From IMG/VR virus record IMGVR_UViG_3300035660_000549: a stretch of DNA of 20,000 nucleotides; one strand, 5' to 3'. Position 1 is the first letter of the stretch; each line of letters begins with the position of its first letter. A program made the translations under genes and the position numbers. This document shows, piece by piece, positions 8,770-15,323 of this stretch. The notes below the pieces were generated by a model that was not told where the DNA came from, made no database searches, and worked only from the letters and a program-made list of their open reading frames with translations. Origin of the DNA: an uncultured virus (IMG/VR IMGVR_UViG_3300035660_000549). Its lineage: Duplodnaviria > Heunggongvirae > Uroviricota > Caudoviricetes.

Positions 8770-8994
8770 CTAGCAGTCCTTCTTTATATTATGGAACTTT
8801 CTCTCATGTTCTTCTATTGTTGTACTAAATATCGCTATAGGTCCATAAACAAATGGTATGGTAGAAAAGCATCGATCTGTAACTTCTCTAGATTTGTTAA
8901 GAGGACAATTAGCAGTTGCTGGACAACCACATTGTCCATCTTTCTGACCAGAATCTCTTGTTTGTATATCAACATATTTACAAATGTACCTCAT
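8770..8994 (-). CDS. Small Cys-rich hypothetical protein
   Basis: AGGTG SD; C..CGCP...CP...C. Confidence 0.6.
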   Translation of the reverse strand: MRYICKYVDIQTRDSGQKDGQCGCPATANCPLNKSREVTDRCFSTIPFVYGPIAIFSTTIEEHERKFHNIKKDC

Positions 8995-9054
8995 TCTTTA
9001 CACCTTTGTCTCCAGTACATTTATTACTGGAGATTCCAAAGGATATTTATTCTT

Positions 9055-9291
9055 CTAAGATTTTCGGAGCATCCATAATGAATCAATTTCTTGGCAATAA
9101 CCTTCAGCATATTCATAAATAAAATTTAAATCTTTTCCTAGAATTCTAAGGAATAGAACTCTTTCTAAGACATCATTTAAATATGGTCTAATTCCAATAA
9201 CATATCCTAGAAGTTTCTTCTTTGCCAATGGACAATTTATTACTACAAATGAATTTATTCTAATATGTTTCTTCAAGTTTGTTCTCCTCAT
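9055..9291 (-). CDS. Hypothetical 78 aa protein
   Basis: ORF track; same strand as neighbours. Confidence 0.55.
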   Translation of the reverse strand: MRRTNLKKHIRINSFVVINCPLAKKKLLGYVIGIRPYLNDVLERVLFLRILGKDLNFIYEYAEGYCQEIDSLWMLRKS

Positions 9292-9360
9292 ATCCTAGTA
9301 TATCATTCAATATTATCCAGAAAACTAGCAATGAAATTAGAGTGAGAGTTAAACTGATCA

Positions 9361-9561
9361 TTAAGATCCCCAACCCCAATAATCACTAACTTCTAACTTG
9401 TTATTTCTTAACACTATACTTAAGGCTATGACTTGTAATGGACCAAAATCAATTATTATTTCTACTTTATCATCACTTGTTTCAGCATATATTTTAATTT
9501 TACATGGATCTTTATAGCCTTCTAAGATCTTCTTGAAATCAACTAATTCCCATTTTGGCAT
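9361..9561 (-). CDS. Hypothetical 66 aa protein
   Basis: ORF track; overlaps the end of the upstream ORF. Confidence 0.6.
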   Translation of the reverse strand: MPKWELVDFKKILEGYKDPCKIKIYAETSDDKVEIIIDFGPLQVIALSIVLRNNKLEVSDYWGWGS

Positions 9562-9749
9562 TTTATTTCATCTTCATGTTCTTTCTTTAATTTGTCCCAT
9601 TTCTTTGCTCCAAATAACAAATATCCAAGTCTATCAGTTATTTCAGCTAGGATATGAAAAAACTTAACTAGAAATCTATCATAGAATATTGAGGGTTCAT
9701 ATTTCAACCAGTGTTTGATTTTCCATAATTTATATTTTAGATCAAACAT
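9543..9749 (-). CDS. Hypothetical 68 aa aromatic/basic protein
   Basis: ORF track; GAGG SD. Confidence 0.55.
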   Translation of the reverse strand: MFDLKYKLWKIKHWLKYEPSIFYDRFLVKFFHILAEITDRLGYLLFGAKKWDKLKKEHEDEIKCQNGN

Positions 9750-9906
9750 CTAGGTCTTCCTCTTCCCTAACAATTAGGTGTGAACTTGGGAACCTAAGTT
9801 TCTTTCCTATATGACCACACTCGTTACAACGATAATTAAAAGAATCAAGTACTAATATGTTTATGCTATTGCATTTTGGACATTTTACAACAGTTAATAT
9901 TTTCAT
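9742..9906 (-). CDS. 54 aa Zn-ribbon microprotein (not in ORF track)
   Basis: MKILTVVKCPKCNSINILVLDSFNYRCNECGHIGKKLRFPSSHLIVREEEDLDV*; AGGAG SD. Confidence 0.7.
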   Translation of the reverse strand: MKILTVVKCPKCNSINILVLDSFNYRCNECGHIGKKLRFPSSHLIVREEEDLDV

Positions 9907-9963
9907 ATTTATTCTCCTAGGTTTTCTTATAAAGAATCTAAGATTCTTTTATTTACTAGAAAC

Positions 9964-10137
9964 TTAAGTTTCTTCTAAATCTTTTTCTCTTATGATGGAT
10001 TCTGATATAGAAGAAAGAATAAAAAATATAAAAAATATTAATTGAAAGGAAGTATCTAGATTCTTGCCTACACTATAACCAAAAAGCATGGCACTAAGCG
10101 TCATTAAGGACCGACTAATCAGATATTCTAACTTCAT
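9964..10137 (-). CDS. 57 aa putative membrane microprotein (not in ORF track)
   Basis: MKLEYLISRSLMTLSAMLFGYSVGKNLDTSFQLIFFIFFILSSISESIIREKDLEET*; AGGAG SD; two hydrophobic stretches. Confidence 0.6.
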   Translation of the reverse strand: MKLEYLISRSLMTLSAMLFGYSVGKNLDTSFQLIFFIFFILSSISESIIREKDLEET

Positions 10138-10245
10138 TTTTAAGAACTCCTTTTCTTTCTTAACCTCTTTAACTATTCTCTAAAATATAGAAAAACTTTT
10201 CATCAAATAATTTTCCTAATTTTCTTTTAAGTCTTATTTGGTTTT

Positions 10246-10419
10246 TCATTTCTTATTAACTCCTTTTCCTGAACTACCAAAAGTTAATAGAATTTTAGAC
10301 CATGCTTTCCTTGCTTTTCTAATCTCTGGATTATTCCTTCCTTCATAAGCGGGTGCTAACAAGTCTATGAAATTATCCACAATTCTAAAGTCCTCTAGAC
10401 TTGCCTTTTCTTTTCTCAA
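10246..10419 (-). CDS. 57 aa basic microprotein (not in ORF track)
   Basis: TTG start after AGTGAT: MRKEKASLEDFRIVDNFIDLLAPAYEGRNNPEIRKARKAWSKILLTFGSSGKGVNKK*. Confidence 0.5.
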   Translation of the reverse strand: MRKEKASLEDFRIVDNFIDLLAPAYEGRNNPEIRKARKAWSKILLTFGSSGKGVNKK

Positions 10420-10446
10420 GAATTATCACTTTCTTATTTCTTTTTC

Positions 10447-10893
10447 TTAGATGTTAAAAGGATATAGTTTCTGGAGTTCCTGGTGAGATATTTCTTCGTT
10501 CCTTATTCGTTCTGCTTCTTTCTTCAAAGATTGAATTGCTACTTCATAGTTTAGGAAGTCACTTTCTTCAAATGATATCTTCTGTATACCACATACTACT
10601 TTGTTCTTAGTAAATAGTTGCCATTGAGAGAGAGAAGTCCTGTTCAGGTCTGCATAGAGTTTTAGTACACTAAGTTTCAGGTCTCTTAGGTTTATTATAT
10701 TCTTTATTTCTTTTATCTTCGACATATTAAATCCTTCCTTTATATCTTTTAATTCTAATGATAAACAATAAAGACAATCTTCCAAACTTGGTTTATTATC
10801 CCAGACTTTAGTTTCTTCATTGAAGAGACAAGGACATTCTATAAAATGACATATCCATATCTTTTCTTTATCTCTTCCTATTTCTTCTGTCAT
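10447..10893 (-). CDS. Hypothetical 148 aa protein
   Basis: ORF track; N-terminal Cys cluster (CHFIECPC...CLYC). Confidence 0.65.
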   Translation of the reverse strand: MTEEIGRDKEKIWICHFIECPCLFNEETKVWDNKPSLEDCLYCLSLELKDIKEGFNMSKIKEIKNIINLRDLKLSVLKLYADLNRTSLSQWQLFTKNKVVCGIQKISFEESDFLNYEVAIQSLKKEAERIRNEEISHQELQKLYPFNI

Positions 10894-11007
10894 TTCTTCT
10901 TCAACTTTTCTTTTCTTAAACCTTTTATTTAGAGAAATAAAGAATACTTATGTATAGCGAAAAGGGTCTTTTCTTTAATAAAAGACTAAGTTTTCTTTAC
11001 TCTATCT

Positions 11008-11019
11008 CTTAAAAGGTTT
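11008..11019 (-). promoter_or_regulatory. Putative archaeal BRE-TATA promoter
   Basis: Minus strand AAACCTTTTAAG, upstream of 10447..10893. Confidence 0.35.
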
Positions 11020-11464
11020 AATGTGATATGTAAGAACCATGTAACTCATAACTCTGATTAAGTTTTTCTATTAGCTTTTTTACTATTTCCTTATTCTTAT
11101 AAATGTCTAATAGATTAATAAGAGCAAGATTAAGTAGTGCTATTTCCATATTACTATAAGAGAAAATAGATTTGGTTTTAGGTAAGTATAATTTCTTAGG
11201 TTCTAAAACCTTTAACCAATTATCACACCTACCAATATAGTTAATCCTCTTAGGGTTGGGGTATAATGTCTTTAAATTCCAACATAGCTTTAAACCTTTA
11301 CACTTAGAGATTAGACATAATGTAAAGTTAGGATATTTCTCGTTTATCTGTTCTCTAAGTTTTCTCTTAGTGTAGCGTTTAGGGTAATCTCTGATATTGA
11401 AATTTATATCAGCTAATAATTCCTCTAAGGAAAAGGTTTCGTTATACTCTATTTCCTTAACCAT
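11018..11464 (-). CDS. Hypothetical 148 aa protein
   Basis: AGGTG SD; ORF track. Confidence 0.7.
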   Translation of the reverse strand: MVKEIEYNETFSLEELLADINFNIRDYPKRYTKRKLREQINEKYPNFTLCLISKCKGLKLCWNLKTLYPNPKRINYIGRCDNWLKVLEPKKLYLPKTKSIFSYSNMEIALLNLALINLLDIYKNKEIVKKLIEKLNQSYELHGSYISH

Positions 11465-11528
11465 AAGACTTACACCTTATAATTTCATATTAAAAAAAGA
11501 GGATATTGAGTTATGTTTCGTGTATTGT

Positions 11529-11798
11529 TTACTCTTTAGCCTTAGGCTTTTTGGGTGTAGTTTGTAGTTTGTCTAATCTGAACAGTAGAGCAGTTAATCT
11601 CTTAGCTATTAAAGAACCACTGCCAGTCTTAAATGTTGAACATATCTTGTTCCATCCATCAATATTTAGTTGTATGTCTTTTCCGTCTATGTTAATCTTT
11701 TTCTCATCAAATATTATGTAGTGTATCGGGTTCTCTTTTCGGTTCTTAGTTGTTGCGATTATGTCCTTAGTCATGCTTTCAATGTCTAATTCTGACAT
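11529..11798 (-). CDS. Hypothetical 89 aa basic protein
   Basis: AGGGGA SD, own putative promoter, downstream oligo-T tract near 11492-11498. Confidence 0.7.
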   Translation of the reverse strand: MSELDIESMTKDIIATTKNRKENPIHYIIFDEKKINIDGKDIQLNIDGWNKICSTFKTGSGSLIAKRLTALLFRLDKLQTTPKKPKAKE

Positions 11799-11843
11799 TT
11801 TTATTTATCCCCTTTTGCGTAATTACTCATGCACAAAACACAC

Positions 11844-11855
11844 ATATAAAGGTTT
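11844..11855 (-). promoter_or_regulatory. Putative archaeal BRE-TATA promoter
   Basis: Minus strand AAACCTTTATAT, ~45 nt upstream of ATG 11798. Confidence 0.55.
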
Positions 11856-11992
11856 GTTTTTCCTTAGTGTTTTTTATCCCTTATGTGCATACAAAAACCA
11901 TCAGAACACCAAAACATAAGGCTTAAGGGACAGATAAAAAAAAGAGTATAATATAGTATAGTTTCTTTATGATGTCCTATGGTATAGTTTCT

Positions 11993-12235
11993 CTATGGTT
12001 TCCTGTTTGTTGATTTCCCTATCCATGTCTTTTCTATCCTGCACAAGTCAATAGTTTGTAGGCTATCATCAATTTCTAATATCCTTTCCGTAAACTCTAC
12101 TGCATTCTTAGGGTTGTGGTAGAATATTGTCTGTGTGTCTAACGGTTTAGAATTGTCTAAGTTTCTCTTGATGATAAGTACATGGCTGAATGGTGTATTT
12201 ACCATGTTTTTGATATTTACTTTTTGCTTAGGCAT
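11993..12235 (-). CDS. Hypothetical 80 aa protein
   Basis: AGGTTGA SD, putative TATA box at 12272-12283, downstream oligo-T tract at 11936-11943. Confidence 0.7.
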   Translation of the reverse strand: MPKQKVNIKNMVNTPFSHVLIIKRNLDNSKPLDTQTIFYHNPKNAVEFTERILEIDDSLQTIDLCRIEKTWIGKSTNRKP

Positions 12236-12311
12236 TTTATCAACCTTAAGGGTTATTCTATACTGTTTGAGTATTTATATTTTGCTAAGTTTGAATATAT
12301 AAAAATGGGTG

Positions 12312-12335
12312 TTGCTATCTTACACAAGATAGCAA
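12312..12335 (-). terminator. Perfect 10 bp stem-loop immediately after the DDE gene stop
   Basis: TTGCTATCTT-ACAC-AAGATAGCAA, followed on the minus strand by CACCCATTTTT. Confidence 0.45.
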
Positions 12336-12336
12336 T

Positions 12337-13077
12337 TTAGTGTTTAAGTTTGATTATTGTTTTGCATAGGATTATTTCAGTCTTCAGTAAATCTCTATAT
12401 AGCTTTATTAATTCTATATGATAGTTATGGTTTAATACCTCATCTATATAGACATTTAGGAAACTTATCAATTTATCTAAGTTTGCATTATTAGGTAATC
12501 TTTCAACAATATTGTAGAATTGACTTTTGAATAATCCTATTTGTCTTTCAGCATTAGAGTTATATGGGTAATCCTTACTCTTTTTAACTACACATACTTT
12601 TATGTTAAACTCTTGTTCTAATTGTAACCATTCATTAAATAATCTATCAGCACGAATAATCTTTAAGTTGTTACCATATTGTTGGATACACTTAATCAGT
12701 AAATCTCTTATGATGGATTTATTCTCTTGTATCTTACCATTATAAAACTTGAACACTACTCTATTTAATGGCTTGTTGTATGCTATTGCTAATAGTATTT
12801 TCTTATATGTTCTCTTATGCTTATTTGCCTTATCAATACTTGTCTTAGTCAATAAGCTAAAGTCAATGAATGTATCACATTCTTTAACTAAGTCAATATT
12901 TCTTATATTGAATGTATGTTCATTGGGCATATCTCCTTTAAAGAGATTATTGCTTTTAATGGTTCTAATAGTTACATAGGAATACTTACCATTAAAGAGT
13001 TTATATGCCAAATCTTCTCCATAACTTAATTCCTTACGTCTAAACTCTAACTGTTCAATTTCGTTTAAGCTTTCCAT
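12337..13077 (-). CDS. DDE integrase/transposase-core (rve-like, IS3/IS481-type) protein
   Basis: HTH-like SYG..LAYKL...YSYVTIRTI...NL; D1 in TFIDF; D2 in IIRAD; E in PYNSNAERQIGLFK (D-x32-E-x6-K, compare P..NG.aER....lK). GGGTGTGAT SD. Confidence 0.65.
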   Translation of the reverse strand: MESLNEIEQLEFRRKELSYGEDLAYKLFNGKYSYVTIRTIKSNNLFKGDMPNEHTFNIRNIDLVKECDTFIDFSLLTKTSIDKANKHKRTYKKILLAIAYNKPLNRVVFKFYNGKIQENKSIIRDLLIKCIQQYGNNLKIIRADRLFNEWLQLEQEFNIKVCVVKKSKDYPYNSNAERQIGLFKSQFYNIVERLPNNANLDKLISFLNVYIDEVLNHNYHIELIKLYRDLLKTEIILCKTIIKLKH

Positions 13078-13110
13078 ATTGAATCACACCCTTTAAGGTG
13101 TATGTAAGAG

Positions 13111-13122
13111 TTTATAAGGTTT
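13111..13122 (-). promoter_or_regulatory. Putative archaeal BRE-TATA promoter of the DDE gene
   Basis: Minus strand AAACCTTATAAA, ~33 nt upstream of ATG 13077. Confidence 0.55.
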
Positions 13123-13139
13123 ATGTCATTCTAATCCTA

Positions 13140-13186
13140 TATTAAGACTTAATACTCCATTCTTCTATGTCTTAAGACTTAATACT
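13140..13186. repeat. 15 bp direct repeat of a palindromic motif in the divergent intergenic region
   Basis: TTAAGACTTAATACT at 13142-13156 and 13172-13186 (30 bp period). TATTAAG-A-CTTAATA (13140-13154) is an interrupted palindrome. Confidence 0.8.
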
Positions 13187-13331
13187 AGTTAAACGAATAG
13201 GAATAAATAAGATAGAAAAATAATATGGAGGATTAGAAGACTATATATTGTGTGTATTAATACTGGGGTCCTCCCTGGTATGCGATATGTTTATTAAGAT
13301 AGTCTATGGAGTTTATCTAGGGTTACTGAAT

Positions 13332-13853
13332 ATGAAGACCTGTAAACTATGTTTATCTCCTAATAGAGTGGAATATGAAGAGATGAGGTTCAAGAAGAAT
13401 AAGTCTATTAAAGAGATATGGACCTATGCTTCTTCTGTTAAAGGAGAGAATATTAACTACTATGTATTCCAGAGACACTTCTATAAGATGATGGATGGTC
13501 TGGATGCTGTACATAAATCTTCTAAACTAAGGAATGATATTATAGAAGAAGAGATAAAGAAAGACATAGAGATCTCCCAGAGGCTTAGAAGGAACCTAGA
13601 GATATGTGCAGACAATATAGAGAAGTATGCTAAGAGAGATGATCTAACTGTAGAGGAAGAGAAATCTTTACTAGATTTTATAGGGAAGACTTCTCTAATA
13701 ATAGATGAACTATTGAAATGGTCTAAGCAACTAGACTTCAAACCTAAGAGTGAAGACATATTTGAAAAGATCCTTTATTGTATACATGACTTTCCAGAAC
13801 ATTTAATAGAGAAGTTCAAAGAGAGATGGACATCTTATGGCTCTTCAAGTTGA
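13332..13853 (+). CDS. terS: Probable terminase small subunit
   Basis: Directly upstream of and overlapping terL. Likely start MKTCKLC at ATG 13332; CxxC...RH N-terminus then helical region. Confidence 0.6.
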   Translation: MKTCKLCLSPNRVEYEEMRFKKNKSIKEIWTYASSVKGENINYYVFQRHFYKMMDGLDAVHKSSKLRNDIIEEEIKKDIEISQRLRRNLEICADNIEKYAKRDDLTVEEEKSLLDFIGKTSLIIDELLKWSKQLDFKPKSEDIFEKILYCIHDFPEHLIEKFKERWTSYGSSS

Positions 13854-15126
13854 TGAAGTAAAAAAGGCCTTAACTTTCCTATCTTGGTATAAGAATCCTT
13901 CTTCTTTCTATAGAGATATCTTCAATGAAGAGCCATATCCTTACCAGGCTAAAGTATTAAATACAATAAGGGAATATCCTAAGAGAACTATGCTTATGTC
14001 TGCTTCTGGAACTGGCAAGACTAAACTTCTAGCTTGTATTACTCTTCTCCTAGGAGTAGTATTTCCTAAGTTTCTAAAGACCCCTCTTTCTATAATTATA
14101 ATATCTGGAAGTAGAGACCAGGCTAGGAATCTTTACGAATATGTTAGATTAGCATTTAAAGATTCCAATATCCTAGCACAGGAAGTAGAAGGAGAACCTT
14201 TAATGAGTATTACTAGACTCCATGATAGGTCTGTAATCCTAGCTGTACCCAATTCTCTTAAGGCTATTCAAGGTAAACATTGTGATATTGTGATCATCGA
14301 TGAGGCAGTTCTAGCTGGAGACTTTATTATTAGAGATGCTTATAGAATAGTGTCGCAGTCTAAGAATGATATGATACTATTGTCTGGTACTCCTATGGAT
14401 GAACCTGGAGGAGAGTTGTTTGTAGAGATGTGGGAGGATGAAAAGAAATATCCAGAGTGGATCAGACATCACTGGACGGCCAGAGAGTGCCCTAGGATTA
14501 GTTTAGACAAATACACTGAAGCCAGTAAGGATCTCCCAGAGGATATGTTTTCGATCTTTTGGCAGGGCAAGCCATATCCTAAACTAGGTTCCCTAATTCC
14601 TATAGACAAACTTAAAGAATCTTCTAGAGACACTCCCCATTTAGAATATGACCCCAATGGAGGAAGAGTAGTTGCTGGGATCGACTGGGGTTGGAGAGAT
14701 TTTACAGCTTTAGTTATTCTACAATATAACAAAGAAGAAAACTTAGTGAAAATATTATTTTCTGATCAGTGGAATCTAGAACAATTTGAAGATCTACATA
14801 ATAGAATATCGAAGATATGTAAAGATTATAAGGTCTCTATTATATATGCTGATGCAGAAGATGTAGGAGAGAACCAGAGATTAGAAGCTAGGGGCCTGAA
14901 TGTAGAACCTATAGGATTCAACCAGAACAAGATTATAATGCAGACTAGACTCAAACTAATGTTCCACCAGAAGAAGATAAAGATTCCAGAAGACTCTACT
15001 GAATTACTAACAGAACTTAGGAAGTATAACTGGGATACTGCTAAGGGAGAGGACCTAGTTGATGCTCTAATGCTAGCATTGTATAAGGAAGAAGGAGAAC
15101 CTAGCTATTTCTATAAAGTAGTCTGA
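13837..15126 (+). CDS. terL: Terminase large subunit
   Basis: PYPYQ (Q motif), SASGTGKT (Walker A), IVIIDEA (Walker B), LSGTP (motif III), GIDWG and EDLVDAL (RNase H-like nuclease). Confidence 0.95.
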   Translation: MALQVDEVKKALTFLSWYKNPSSFYRDIFNEEPYPYQAKVLNTIREYPKRTMLMSASGTGKTKLLACITLLLGVVFPKFLKTPLSIIIISGSRDQARNLYEYVRLAFKDSNILAQEVEGEPLMSITRLHDRSVILAVPNSLKAIQGKHCDIVIIDEAVLAGDFIIRDAYRIVSQSKNDMILLSGTPMDEPGGELFVEMWEDEKKYPEWIRHHWTARECPRISLDKYTEASKDLPEDMFSIFWQGKPYPKLGSLIPIDKLKESSRDTPHLEYDPNGGRVVAGIDWGWRDFTALVILQYNKEENLVKILFSDQWNLEQFEDLHNRISKICKDYKVSIIYADAEDVGENQRLEARGLNVEPIGFNQNKIIMQTRLKLMFHQKKIKIPEDSTELLTELRKYNWDTAKGEDLVDALMLALYKEEGEPSYFYKVV

Positions 15127-15323
15127 GATTCTTTTAGGAAACTTAGAATATTTTTAAGACCATAATATAAAGAAAATACTCCATTACATATTAACATAGA
15201 TCCATCGATGAATCCAGCTCCAGTAAAAACTTGTTCAAAAGTTAAAACTATAACCTTTAATCCAATTCCAATAGAGAATGAACCAAGAAGAGAAATTAAA
15301 AAGAACCAGAAAAGTTTATCCAA
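15111..15323 (-). CDS. Small two-TM membrane protein
   Basis: 70 aa with two hydrophobic segments; overlaps the tail gene stop and converges on terL. Confidence 0.55.
   Translation of the reverse strand: MDKLFWFFLISLLGSFSIGIGLKVIVLTFEQVFTGAGFIDGSMLICNGVFSLYYGLKNILSFLKESQTTL

Noticed and set aside
266..9122. Plus-strand ORFs antisense to the minus-strand operon (266..583, 1856..2152, 4799..5134, 6236..6622, 8722..9078 and others)
   Set aside because: They lie opposite well-supported genes, have S/L/F/I-rich shadow composition and show no recognisable motifs.
11956..13186. Short direct-repeat pairs as mini-CRISPR arrays
   Set aside because: Only two copies each, repeats of 15-16 bp and gaps of 10-15 bp, all too short for CRISPR.
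12300..13190. IS terminal inverted repeats around the DDE gene
   Set aside because: The best match is only 7 bp (TCTTACA/TGTAAGA) in AT-rich DNA, and no target-site duplication is seen.
13248..13331. TTG-initiated hydrophobic N-terminal extension of terS
   Set aside because: It overlaps the putative control region; ATG 13332 directly before CxxC is the more plausible start. Not proven.
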